Part shown: positions 40,243 to 49,648 of the stretch, piece after piece
How the letters are laid out: the number at the start of each line of letters is the position of its first letter
Numbering within the stretch: the first letter of the stretch is position 1
Origin: Dehalococcoidia bacterium
Lineage (GTDB): Bacteria; Chloroflexota; Dehalococcoidia; GIF9; AB-539-J10
Direction of reading: 5' to 3'
NCBI GenBank assembly: GCA_021157895.1
Contig: JAGGVQ010000010.1
Location: 3,394-67,393, forward strand
DNA length: 64,000 nt
Translations under genes and position numbers: made by a program
The notes under the pieces: generated by a model
The model's database searches: none
Seen by the model: only the letters and a program-made list of their open reading frames with translations
What the model was told of the DNA's origin: nothing

Positions 40243-41373
40243 TCAGCTATATTTCCTCAGAATAGCCTTGCAGGAATCTAGAACAGAAGTTAATTGTTGC
40301 CTGTCCGCCGCAAAGGTAGAGACCTTAAACGCCTTAGTCAACCCTGGTTGTGGCCCCCAGATACCCCTGTTTTTTAACTCCTTATAGAAGAAATATCCTC
40401 TCTCACGAACATGTTGGGAAATCTCATAAAGTTGTAGTGTTTCAAAATAAAGCAAATCATGGAGGTGTGGCTTCTCTCCCAACTGCTTAAATCCCAGCTT
40501 CTCCATCTCGGCTGAAAACCACTGCGCCTTGGCCACCTGCTCACCCCAGTGACAAACCCTCTCTATAACATCAGGGAAGGAAGCCATTAAAGTGGCCAGT
40601 GGAACCCCTCTTACTGTACATCCAAGAAGCTCAATCTCCTTATTTTTGTACGACTTAGATGTCCTCAATACTCTTTCTTCCCACTTCTTCTTCATCCCCA
40701 ACACCCCACAGGGTCCCGCAGAAGCCATGCTTTTATGTCCACTGCCTACAATAAAATCAGCCCCAATTTCATCCATCTTAACTGGCATTCTTCCCACCGC
40801 ATACGCTCCATTGAGTATATACGGCACACCATGAGCCTGCGCTATTTCACCTGTTCTCTGCGCATCAGGAAGATTTCCATAACTACCATCAGGATATGTC
40901 AAAAGAAGTAGCCTGGGATCATATTGCTGTATTAGATCCTCATATCTATCAACATCAACCTTGAACTCGGGATAGCCAGAATGAGGCACCTCCACGATAT
41001 TGAGGCCCACCCTCTCAGCAGCAACAACAGTGGTATAGTGTCTGTTGCTGTCAACGACGATAGTATCACCGGGTTGAGCCAGAGAATGAATCACCGTGAA
41101 TATCGCCTCTCGGGCCCCATGTACTACTGTAGCAACATCACTTCCAAGGAACTGAGGCAACAAATCATGTACAAACTCCTTAGCAGGAGGCTTCGCAATG
41201 TCAGATAAACGACCCAGGCAAAAATCACACACCGAATACCCATCTCCAAACTCGATCAGAGCTTCCTTTGCAGCTTCAGTAAGAAGGCCCCCCGTTTGTA
41301 ACGGCATGATATTAATAAGGCCCTTGTGTTCCCGATGCAGATGTGTAAGCCTCTGTAGTGCTTTATCTTTCAC
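40243..41373 (-). CDS. pscS: O-phospho-L-seryl-tRNA(Cys):Cys-tRNA synthase (SepCysS)
   Basis: INIMPLQTGGLLTEAAKEALIEFGDGYSVCDFCLGRL and the PLP-lysine block GSGHKSMASAGPCGVL match the conserved SepCysS signatures I recall from archaeal enzymes. Length is 376 aa. It overlaps the SepRS stop by 11 nt. Confidence 0.8.
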   Translation of the reverse strand: MKDKALQRLTHLHREHKGLINIMPLQTGGLLTEAAKEALIEFGDGYSVCDFCLGRLSDIAKPPAKEFVHDLLPQFLGSDVATVVHGAREAIFTVIHSLAQPGDTIVVDSNRHYTTVVAAERVGLNIVEVPHSGYPEFKVDVDRYEDLIQQYDPRLLLLTYPDGSYGNLPDAQRTGEIAQAHGVPYILNGAYAVGRMPVKMDEIGADFIVGSGHKSMASAGPCGVLGMKKKWEERVLRTSKSYKNKEIELLGCTVRGVPLATLMASFPDVIERVCHWGEQVAKAQWFSAEMEKLGFKQLGEKPHLHDLLYFETLQLYEISQHVRERGYFFYKELKNRGIWGPQPGLTKAFKVSTFAADRQQLTSVLDSCKAILRKYS

Positions 41374-42889
41374 TTGTTGGAGCTGCCCCCCTCAATGACT
41401 GAGATTTAATGGTTACAAATACCGCGCCTCGAATGTCTATCTCCTTATGCTGACCCTCAATATATTCCAGGATAGACTTGGGTATTTGCAAATTGAGATC
41501 GGAAAGATGCTTGACTTCTTTCGTTTGATATATCACATCAGGGTCATTTTCTATTGAAGCTGCGGCTCCCATTGCCAGAGCACGCATATAACTTATGCCG
41601 GTATAAACTCCAGAAGGAACCACATCGCTGTAAATTCCGCCATCAGTCACACAAATTTCATTAAACCCGGCAGGCCCAACCAGCCTTTTCCCTTTCTCTT
41701 TCTCCATAATAACCACCTGGATAGCCCCATCATCCCAGGCGACAAACTCACAGGGTGCAATCTCGTTCTTATGCTTCCGTGCGGCACTCTCAATAGCCCT
41801 GGCTATCTTCCTCCCCCGCGCAGTTCCAGGACTATTTATGTAACTAAAGGACTGAGCTATATCTTCATCGGAGAACTCCGCTATAGAAAACTGGGGAAAG
41901 GCAAAAGTCCTCACATCATCAATGTGGTGCAATACCATTGCCATCCGCTCAATTCCAAACCCCACATTAAATACGGGATACTTTATGTCAAAATTCGCCA
42001 GAGCCACTGGTGAATACATGCCTATATCTGCAACCTCAAGCCACTCATCCCCATGCTTAACGAAAACCTCCTGTTCCAACCCTGGAGCATAATACTTGGA
42101 TGTCGCTGGATTGGTCTTGAACTCAAATTCTGAAAAGCCATACTGCCGTAAGATATCCTGGGCTATTTCCCTGCCTGCCTCCAGTGACATCTCAGGGTGC
42201 ATTATTACAACTGAGGCAGAATTGTGAACTCGTAAGTGGTGCGCATCTTCCCTCTGCTCGTTACGGTACCTTGGGCCAACAGAAAAGAGAGCAAGCGGAA
42301 AATGAGATGTGTCCTGCATGGCTTGCAGGGTATGAAACCAGGTAGCTGTCATATGACTTCTTAAAGTCTTATTGGTAGGCACTGGGTGCAATGTCTTTAC
42401 CTCAGGGAACACCCTGTCCAAAAGCTCAATAGCCTGGTAATCCGTTATATCTAAGCCAAGAACAAGCTCCTCTACCAGATCATCAGCTTCAATATCACCC
42501 TTCTTATATCTTCGAAAAATAGACTGCAGTTTCTCAACTTGAAGTTTCTCTACAATCCCTTCCGCCTCAGCTATCCTTTTTCTCTTCAATCCTATTTCAG
42601 GCCGAGGCAAAGCAGCCAGGTAAAAAACTCTGTCAAGAATAACCCTGGCTTCAGGGCCATACTGCCGGGAGACATCATGGTCAGGCAAAATGGTCAGGTT
42701 CTCAATCTCATCGAAACCCAGCCCCAGCAGGATTTCTCGCGATCTCTGGACCATATCACGCAACGGGTGCGACTTACCTTTCCCCTCTAACTTAACAACC
42801 GTGCCTCTGGGGATTAAATCTGCTGTGGCCACCCAGGCCTCTACGAAATTTTTCCCGCCCTGTTCCTTGATCCGTTCTACATCAAACAT
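41363..42889 (-). CDS. sepS: O-phosphoseryl-tRNA ligase (SepRS)
   Basis: Contains HPLRDMVQRSREILLGLGFDE, LDRVFYLAALPRPEIGL, FRRYKKGDIEADDL, LRSHMTATWF and SVGPRYRNEQ. These blocks are collinear with archaeal SepRS (PheRS-alpha-like class II). Length is 508 aa. Confidence 0.85.
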   Translation of the reverse strand: MFDVERIKEQGGKNFVEAWVATADLIPRGTVVKLEGKGKSHPLRDMVQRSREILLGLGFDEIENLTILPDHDVSRQYGPEARVILDRVFYLAALPRPEIGLKRKRIAEAEGIVEKLQVEKLQSIFRRYKKGDIEADDLVEELVLGLDITDYQAIELLDRVFPEVKTLHPVPTNKTLRSHMTATWFHTLQAMQDTSHFPLALFSVGPRYRNEQREDAHHLRVHNSASVVIMHPEMSLEAGREIAQDILRQYGFSEFEFKTNPATSKYYAPGLEQEVFVKHGDEWLEVADIGMYSPVALANFDIKYPVFNVGFGIERMAMVLHHIDDVRTFAFPQFSIAEFSDEDIAQSFSYINSPGTARGRKIARAIESAARKHKNEIAPCEFVAWDDGAIQVVIMEKEKGKRLVGPAGFNEICVTDGGIYSDVVPSGVYTGISYMRALAMGAAASIENDPDVIYQTKEVKHLSDLNLQIPKSILEYIEGQHKEIDIRGAVFVTIKSQSLRGAAPTSER

Positions 42890-43027
42890 CTCTTCTCACT
42901 GGCAAAGTATACCTGAAAAACCTCCTCTCCTGCTACACATGGCTAGCATAATCCAATATGCCTGGTTGTTGAACACAACAGAGTGCAATATAATTAGTTT
43001 CCCTCACGTTATTCACAAGGAGGCAAC

Positions 43028-43774
43028 ATGTACAGAATCATCGATTCCCACATCCACTGTGGCATACAAAACGTCTACTGGGCATATAAGAATGTAAAAC
43101 CTTTGATGGATAAAGCAAACATAGAGTCTGCCTGTATGTTCGCCCCAGTTGAGGATATATATGATCGCAACAACTATTACTTCAAAGACGACTTAAGCTG
43201 GCAACAATGCCGCAAAAGAGCAAATGACTACTTGCTGAACCTGTCTACTACGGAGAAGGTATTTCCATACTTCTTCGTGTGGAACGACTTCAGATATGAA
43301 GACCTCTCTCAGGATTTCAAGGGCATCAAGTGGCACAGGCATTCTGATGAGCCTGAATATAACTACGAAAGTGATAGATGCGAGCGCTTCCTGCAGGAAG
43401 TTTACTCGCGTTCCCTGCATATTGTGTACGAAGAAACTTATGCTCACACCTTATATTTCGTCAAGCGTATCGCGGGCAGAACCATCATCATTATTCCCCA
43501 TCTGGGAATGATAAACGGAGGCTTCTCCCGGCTGGTCAAGGCAGGGATCTGGGAGGAGAAGAACGTTTACGCCGATACCGCGCTCGCATCGCCAAATGCG
43601 ATATGCGAATTCATACAAAGATATGGCTCAGAAAAACTGCTGTATGGCTCAGATTGGCCCTTTGGTTCGCCTCCATCAGAGGTAAAAAAAATAATGGAAT
43701 TAGATATCCCGGAGCAGGACAAAAAGAATATATTCAGCAACAACATATTGAGGTTACTGAGCAAAGAAAAATAA
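43028..43774 (+). CDS. metal-dependent amidohydrolase (Amidohydro_2-like TIM barrel)
   Basis: IIDSHIHCG at the N-terminus and LLYGSDWPF near the C-terminus. Length is 248 aa. Confidence 0.7.
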   Translation: MYRIIDSHIHCGIQNVYWAYKNVKPLMDKANIESACMFAPVEDIYDRNNYYFKDDLSWQQCRKRANDYLLNLSTTEKVFPYFFVWNDFRYEDLSQDFKGIKWHRHSDEPEYNYESDRCERFLQEVYSRSLHIVYEETYAHTLYFVKRIAGRTIIIIPHLGMINGGFSRLVKAGIWEEKNVYADTALASPNAICEFIQRYGSEKLLYGSDWPFGSPPSEVKKIMELDIPEQDKKNIFSNNILRLLSKEK

Positions 43775-43888
43775 CTGGAGATGTTGTATTTCATAAGGCA
43801 ACTTGCTATCATTGCATATACTGGGTAACTGATGCAGTTATGCAAAGGAATGGAAAAGACAATTTTCAGAAATAAGGAGGTAGATAAA

Positions 43889-44938
43889 ATGTTCCTGAAA
43901 CGCGTGTTACCCCTAGTCCTTGTCCTGGTCCTAGCAGTAACCTTTTTACCTGGTTGCGCCGGCGAGGAAGAAGGGCCTACTGGCCCATCAGTGACCCTGC
44001 AGTTGTCACACCAATGGTCTGAAGGAGATGTACGCGATAGGTTGGCCCATGAGCTGGCCGACAAAGTCGCGGAAAAGAGCGGGGGGGATATGGAAATAAC
44101 AGTTTACCCTGCTCAATCGTTGTACAAAGCGAAGGCTCAGTGGGATGGCATTTCCACCGGAGGCCTGGACCTGACAATTTATCCCTTAGCCTATGCTGCG
44201 GGAAAAGTTCCCCAGGTTTCTATTACATTGATGCCGGCTGTTTTCCCCAACCTTGATACAGCAATGGCGTGGGGAGATTCAGAGGCAGCTCAGATTCTAG
44301 AGCAAGATTACATGCTGCCGGAAAACGTAAAGGTACTCGGCTGGCTATACTTCGACGGAGCAATCATAAGCAGAGTGAAACAAATTGTGCGCCCGGAAGA
44401 TTGTGACGGACAGGTGCTGCGGGCTGCTGGAAGCGAGTTTGAGTATATGTTCAAGAAGGCAGGGGCCGCTATTACCTCTATGCCCTCGCCTGAACTTTAC
44501 ACCGCTCTGTCCACGGGAGTCATCGACGGTTGCATCGGCGCCACTTCAACCTGGGTCTCTTACAAATTATACGAAACGGTTGATTACGTTAATGTCCCCA
44601 GGGATTATTGCATCTGGTTCATGGGCGAACCACTTCTTGTATCAACCCAAACATGGGATGCCCTGACAGAGGAGCAGCAGAACATCCTTGCTGAGTCCGT
44701 AGATGAACTCTGGACAAACTGGGTTCCCGCCGAGATATCTCAGCTTTGCGGGATATTGGATGAAACATTTGGCGACGCTGGTGTGGAACGATACTACATG
44801 ACTGAAGAGGACTTTGAGGTATGGAAGGCTTTCGCCGAAAATACCTCGTGGAAGGACTTCACCGACAATGTAGAGGGTGGTCAAGAGTTGCTGGATTTGA
44901 CCCTGGCTTTCGCAGAGGAATATAGTGCCGAAGAATAA
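43889..44938 (+). CDS. TRAP transporter substrate-binding lipoprotein (DctP family)
   Basis: The ATG follows AAGGAGG. It has a lipobox LPGCAG and DctP-like blocks (LSHQWSE, LYKAKAQWDGISTGGLD). It is followed by dctQ and dctM. Confidence 0.85.
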   Translation: MFLKRVLPLVLVLVLAVTFLPGCAGEEEGPTGPSVTLQLSHQWSEGDVRDRLAHELADKVAEKSGGDMEITVYPAQSLYKAKAQWDGISTGGLDLTIYPLAYAAGKVPQVSITLMPAVFPNLDTAMAWGDSEAAQILEQDYMLPENVKVLGWLYFDGAIISRVKQIVRPEDCDGQVLRAAGSEFEYMFKKAGAAITSMPSPELYTALSTGVIDGCIGATSTWVSYKLYETVDYVNVPRDYCIWFMGEPLLVSTQTWDALTEEQQNILAESVDELWTNWVPAEISQLCGILDETFGDAGVERYYMTEEDFEVWKAFAENTSWKDFTDNVEGGQELLDLTLAFAEEYSAEE

Positions 44939-44984
44939 AGAATGCAACAAATAATAGTCCTTAATGCAAGTAAGTGAGTTAGAG

Positions 44985-45020
44985 GCCCCCAGGCTAGAAT
45001 AACATTAGCGGTCTGGGGGC
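44985..45020 (+). promoter_or_regulatory. intercistronic stem-loop between dctP and dctQ
   Basis: GCCCCCAG pairs perfectly with CTGGGGGC over 8 bp, with extra gcta/tagc pairing in the loop. The downstream T-tract is weak. It may be an mRNA-stabilising or partial terminator element. Confidence 0.4.
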
Positions 45021-45043
45021 AGCTTTATAAACGAGATACAACA

Positions 45044-45601
45044 ATGAAACAATTCTTATACAAAGCAGGAAGCTATGTCCTACAAGCCATAGGCAAGTGG
45101 ACTGACTTTACCGGATATGTCTGCGCCATTGGCATAGTAGTATCCTCTATCATAATCACATATGAAGTGATAGTGAGATACATATTTGTTGTACCTACAG
45201 TTTGGGAGATAGAGTTATCCGTATACCTGCTTATCATGGCAACATTTGTTGGCGGAGCGTATGCAGTAAAACACGAAGGGCATATCGCTGTTGAATTAGT
45301 CACAAGTCACCTTCCCCTCAAAAAACAGGAAATCCTCGTCATCACCACTTCAGTAATAGCATTGATTATAGCCATAATAATATGCTGGTATTCTTGGCCA
45401 ATGTGGTGGCAAGCAGTAATCAAACATCAACACTCTGAGAGTCTCTGGGCCCCGTCTCTGTTCTTTCCTTATATTCTGCTGCCAATCGGTATGCTCTTCA
45501 CTGCCCTTGCATACGTAGAATACATTCCAAGAAAGATCGCCCAGATTAGAGCCTCACGGCAAGCGGAAAAACATAACAACGAGACAGTGGAGGACAAATA
45601 G
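45044..45601 (+). CDS. TRAP transporter small permease (DctQ family)
   Basis: A 185-aa protein with four TM helices, positioned between the DctP and DctM genes. Confidence 0.8.
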   Translation: MKQFLYKAGSYVLQAIGKWTDFTGYVCAIGIVVSSIIITYEVIVRYIFVVPTVWEIELSVYLLIMATFVGGAYAVKHEGHIAVELVTSHLPLKKQEILVITTSVIALIIAIIICWYSWPMWWQAVIKHQHSESLWAPSLFFPYILLPIGMLFTALAYVEYIPRKIAQIRASRQAEKHNNETVEDK

Positions 45602-45604
45602 CAA

Positions 45605-46966
45605 GTGGATCCACTAACCTTAGGGATCCTCATGTTCGGTACTGCTTTAGTCTTGCTGCTTCTAGGTATGCCTATTTGGGCAGGGTTAAGCGGTACAGCA
45701 CTCTTTTTCCTGGTCTTTCTAGATCCATCTAAGCTGGCACAAATCCCCTACATACTCTACAGCAACCTAGAAAATTTCTCCCTGCTGGCCATTCCTCTAT
45801 TCATATTAATGGCAGCCCCTTTGGCGCATACCAAGGCGAGCGGTGACCTGTATGAGTTGTTACATCGATGGCTACACTGGCTCCCTGGTGGCGTTGGCAT
45901 AAGCAATGTCCTCGCCTGTGCTGTTTTTGCTGCTTTGACTGGCTCGAGTCCCGCTACGGCCGCCGCCATCGGGGGATTAGGCATTCCCGAGATGAGACAA
46001 CGTGGATATCCGGCAGGGTTCGCCTGCGGCCTCATTTGCGCTGGAGGAACATTGGGTATTCTCATACCACCCAGCATAACAATGATTCTCTATGGCGTAG
46101 CCACGGAAACCTCTATTGGAAAATGCTTCATGGCGGGAATAATACCCGGCATTATATTGACAGTATTAATGTGCGCTTGGACATCATTCTACTTTTATAC
46201 CCGTGTGATGAGGAAACAGAAACCCCTAGCGGAAGAGACACAAGCCAAAGATACCCAGTCTCTCGACACTCGTTACGTTGCACAAACATTCACCTGGAGC
46301 GAGCGATTTGGAGCCCTTCCCAGGTTACTTCCTTTCATGCTCATCATATTCGGTGTTCTGGGCTCACTTTATTTGGGATGGGCTTCTCCCAGCGAGGCAG
46401 CAGCCGTAGGTGCTTTCTTATCGTTGGTAGTCACAGCAATTGTCTACAAGGCCTATCGCCCCAAACACCTAAAGGCTATATTATCTTCAACGCTAAACGA
46501 GAGCACAATGATATTAATGATAATAGCAGGCTCCTTACTGTTCGGTTATGTTCTATCTAATGCATATGCTACACAGTCAATGGCTCAGGCAATCATTGGC
46601 TTGCCGCTTGGCCGGTGGGGAATAATGATAGTAATAAACATCTTCCTGCTGCTTCTGGGAATGTTCCTGCCACCAGTCGCAATCATATTAATGGTAGCTC
46701 CTATCATATTTCCTATCCTGATGGCGCTGGGTTTTGACCCTATATGGTTTGCTGCAGTAATGACGCTAAACATGGAGATTGGCTTAATTACGCCCCCAGT
46801 GGGACTTAATTTATACATTGTGAAGGGCATTGCCCCGGATATTCCTATGTCAGCAGTATTAAAGGGTGCCTTGCCCTTTGTCTTCATGATAGCCCTTACA
46901 ATAGTGATAATATCTATCTTTCCACAGTTGGCCACATGGCTGCCTTCAATGATGATAGGAACATAA
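45605..46966 (+). CDS. TRAP transporter large permease (DctM family)
   Basis: A 453-aa polytopic protein with LTGSSPATAAAIG and GGTLGILIPPS motifs. It has a GTG start 3 nt after dctQ. Confidence 0.9.
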   Translation: MDPLTLGILMFGTALVLLLLGMPIWAGLSGTALFFLVFLDPSKLAQIPYILYSNLENFSLLAIPLFILMAAPLAHTKASGDLYELLHRWLHWLPGGVGISNVLACAVFAALTGSSPATAAAIGGLGIPEMRQRGYPAGFACGLICAGGTLGILIPPSITMILYGVATETSIGKCFMAGIIPGIILTVLMCAWTSFYFYTRVMRKQKPLAEETQAKDTQSLDTRYVAQTFTWSERFGALPRLLPFMLIIFGVLGSLYLGWASPSEAAAVGAFLSLVVTAIVYKAYRPKHLKAILSSTLNESTMILMIIAGSLLFGYVLSNAYATQSMAQAIIGLPLGRWGIMIVINIFLLLLGMFLPPVAIILMVAPIIFPILMALGFDPIWFAAVMTLNMEIGLITPPVGLNLYIVKGIAPDIPMSAVLKGALPFVFMIALTIVIISIFPQLATWLPSMMIGT

Positions 46967-47119
46967 AAAATCCTCTTCACAAAAGAACTGTTGCAAACAA
47001 AAGTAAAAAACAATCAGCGACCTCAATAATGTTACCCACCCCTTCATTTAAGAGCCCCTGTTATAATCTTGTCTACCTGAAGAGCAACTAGCCTAGCAAG
47101 CTCTTCTTATTATGTTGCC

Positions 47120-48310
47120 ATGATTGGTCAAACTTGGACAGGAATTATCTTATCCTTAGGTCTATTATTGCTGATAAGTCGTAAGAGCCTCTGGCTGGGA
47201 TTAATCATTTCGGCTTTCATACTGGGTTTATTCACTCTTCCGCCTACGGCATTATTCAATGAAACCTTAAGTACATTAACCGATCCCTCTATTGTCCTGC
47301 TGTCAGTGGCAGTGGGATCAATAGCAATATTGGGAGGAGTAATGGAAAGGGGAGGACTGCTAGACAACCTCGTCAGCAATCTCAGGATGAGCAAGAAGAT
47401 GTTCTTGGCATTCGCCCCTGCTCTGCTAAGCCTGTTGCCTATCCCCGGCGGCGCGCTGCTTTCTGCCCCCCTGGTAAGAAAAGGTGGCGATGGCGTATCT
47501 AGTGAGAGAAAAGCTGCTATCAACGTATGGTATAGACATACATTTATACTAATTTATCCGCTCGGAGCTTTGCTGGTGACAACAGAGATGGCACACCTCA
47601 ACCTATATGCTACAGTCCCCTATGTCGCTCCTGGTTTTCTGTTTATGTTGTTGGGGGGATATTTCTTCCTGCTTAAAGATATCCCCGGCAGAATTGGAGA
47701 TAGAAATCCCCCCATCGTAAGTAAAATTATAATTCCAGTAGGAATAGTGCTCCTGGCACCAACCATACATTTCTCCCTGATGACACTTTTGCCCAATATC
47801 ATTCCAGAGATACCACTTATGATAGGCATAATAAGCAGCCTTGCCTTGTCCTGCTATTTTGGAGATCTGCATTGGAAGGATTGTCGGCCTGTATTAAGCA
47901 ACATGAAACCCTGGAACTTCGCCCTATTAATCATAGGTATGTTCCTACTTCTCAACATATTCCAAGCATCAGGGGCTCCTGGGGTAATAGCAAGTGTCGC
48001 TATATCACAAGCCTTTCTCCTGGTAATCATCAGCGCATTTCTAGGCTTTGCCATCGGAAGAATCCAGGTTCCAGTCTCGATAATATTGCCTATATATTAT
48101 GTAAAGTATGGGGCCATAATCTCACCAACAGCATTTGCTATCATGCTCTGTTCAGCCATGATGGGGTATGTCATCTCCCCCGTGCATCCCTGCATAGCTA
48201 TTTCACTGGAGTTTTTTAACGTGAAGTTCAAGGATTTCCTTAAACCACTGCGAGCTCTTGTAGCTATAGGCACCGGGCTGGCATTTATAGCAGCAAGTGT
48301 TTTATGTTAA
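47120..48310 (+). CDS. polytopic membrane protein, putative transporter (possibly DUF401-type)
   Basis: A 396-aa protein with roughly 10-12 hydrophobic segments and an LPIPGGALLSAPLV hairpin-like motif. The family assignment is from memory only. Confidence 0.6.
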   Translation: MIGQTWTGIILSLGLLLLISRKSLWLGLIISAFILGLFTLPPTALFNETLSTLTDPSIVLLSVAVGSIAILGGVMERGGLLDNLVSNLRMSKKMFLAFAPALLSLLPIPGGALLSAPLVRKGGDGVSSERKAAINVWYRHTFILIYPLGALLVTTEMAHLNLYATVPYVAPGFLFMLLGGYFFLLKDIPGRIGDRNPPIVSKIIIPVGIVLLAPTIHFSLMTLLPNIIPEIPLMIGIISSLALSCYFGDLHWKDCRPVLSNMKPWNFALLIIGMFLLLNIFQASGAPGVIASVAISQAFLLVIISAFLGFAIGRIQVPVSIILPIYYVKYGAIISPTAFAIMLCSAMMGYVISPVHPCIAISLEFFNVKFKDFLKPLRALVAIGTGLAFIAASVLC

Positions 48311-48457
48311 GTCTTGTGTTAAAAAGCGAAATCCTGAGAGGCATATAGTGGAATCTCCTTCAGACTCTTCTACCCCTATCTGTCCAGTACTAGTAATAGG
48401 AGCATATTACAATACTATATTTCTATAATATCAATATCATCTAGGAAAATTTGCTTC

Positions 48458-48486
48458 TTGGCATAGCTAGCACTATAGACTATAAT
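48458..48486 (+). promoter_or_regulatory. near-consensus sigma70 promoter upstream of the J-domain gene
   Basis: TTGGCA (48458-48463), a 17-nt spacer, then TATAAT (48481-48486), about 50 nt upstream of the ATG at 48538. Confidence 0.4.
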
Positions 48487-48537
48487 CACGCCAGCATAAT
48501 AACACAGGCAGGCCACCCAAGGATTAAAACAACAAGT

Positions 48538-48840
48538 ATGGCTAAATTTGAAGAAATTGATGAGGCTCGGAAATTGCTGGGGCTAGGAGAAACAGCAAGC
48601 TTAAAGGAAATACAACAAGCCTATAGAAACATGGCTCTACGCCACCATCCTGATAAAAACAATGGTGATGCTCTCACAAATCAAGAAGCAGTCATGAAAA
48701 AGTTAAATGAAGCATACGAGATACTCATGGATTATGGCAATCACTATAAATTGTCCTTCGGCAAGATTGATGTCGCCAAAACATATCCCTACGATGAATA
48801 CTTGAAACAATACTACTACAGCTGGTTTAGCGGCATTTAA
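48538..48840 (+). CDS. stand-alone J-domain protein
   Basis: LKEIQQAYRNMALRHHPDKN carries the HPD motif. The product is 100 aa from the internal ATG. The upstream part of the longer ORF overlaps the predicted promoter. Confidence 0.75.
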   Translation: MAKFEEIDEARKLLGLGETASLKEIQQAYRNMALRHHPDKNNGDALTNQEAVMKKLNEAYEILMDYGNHYKLSFGKIDVAKTYPYDEYLKQYYYSWFSGI

Positions 48841-48867
48841 CATACGTAATTGATATATATCTCACCA

Positions 48868-49641
48868 ATGAAAGCAATACAAATCTTGTGTTGGAACATC
48901 AATGGAATCCGGGCAGCGGAAAAAAGAGGATTCTTAGAATGGTTGCATCAGGAATCTCCTGACATACTATGCTTGCAAGAAACCAAGGCCCATGTAGAGC
49001 AAATCAGCCAAGAGCTTATATACCCCTCAGGCTACCACACCTATTGGAACTTTCCCCAGAGAAAAGGTTACAGTGGAGTCAGTACATTCACTAAAGAGGA
49101 ACCAATCAATATTAAAACTAACCTTGATATCAGAAACTTCGATACTGAGGGAAGAATGTTAGTCACCACGTACCCCCAGTTTACCCTGCTAAACGTATAT
49201 TTCCCCAATGGAAAGCAAAACAAGGAGAGGCTACAATATAAAATGGCTTTTTATCATCACTTCCTTGACTTTGTTGATATCCTGAAAACGAAGCAGGAAA
49301 AACTCATCGTCTGCGGAGACTTCAACACTGCACACAAAGAAATAGACTTAGCCCACCCCAGGGAGAACGAGCATACCTCAGGATTTCTCCCGATGGAGAG
49401 GGAATGGATGGACACACTTGTAGCTCACGGTTTTAGTGACACTTTTCGACTCTTTGATAAAAGTCCCGGCCATTATACCTGGTGGGACTTGCGAACCAAG
49501 GCAAGAGAAAGAAACATAGGCTGGCGACTGGACTATATCTTTGTAACTGATAAGCTTATTCCATCAATAGCTGCAGCAAGCATAAAATCAGAAGTCAAGG
49601 GCTCAGACCACTGTCCCGTGGGAATTAAGCTAGCAATTTAG
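48868..49641 (+). CDS. xth: exodeoxyribonuclease III
   Basis: Contains WNINGIRA, LCLQETK, GDFNTAH, RLDYIF and SDHCPV. A TTG at 48850 is an alternative start. Confidence 0.9.
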   Translation: MKAIQILCWNINGIRAAEKRGFLEWLHQESPDILCLQETKAHVEQISQELIYPSGYHTYWNFPQRKGYSGVSTFTKEEPINIKTNLDIRNFDTEGRMLVTTYPQFTLLNVYFPNGKQNKERLQYKMAFYHHFLDFVDILKTKQEKLIVCGDFNTAHKEIDLAHPRENEHTSGFLPMEREWMDTLVAHGFSDTFRLFDKSPGHYTWWDLRTKARERNIGWRLDYIFVTDKLIPSIAAASIKSEVKGSDHCPVGIKLAI

Positions 49642-49648
49642 GTTTTTG

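Noticed and set aside
43378-46560. Alternative-frame ORFs of 165-230 aa in the amidohydrolase/TRAP region (43378-43875 +, 43567-44064 -, 45868-46560 +).
   Set aside because: They overlap clear Amidohydro_2, DctP and DctM reading frames and have Arg/Ser/Cys-rich nonsense-like composition. They are best explained by the locally higher GC content reducing stop-codon frequency.
47062-47106. A TATAAT box plus a 7-bp hairpin (GAAGAGC/GCTCTTC) just upstream of the 47120 membrane-protein gene, as a promoter/attenuator or a dctM terminator.
   Set aside because: There is no acceptable -35 element. The stem is short with a 14-nt loop, and it abuts the start codon. The evidence is too weak to assign a role.
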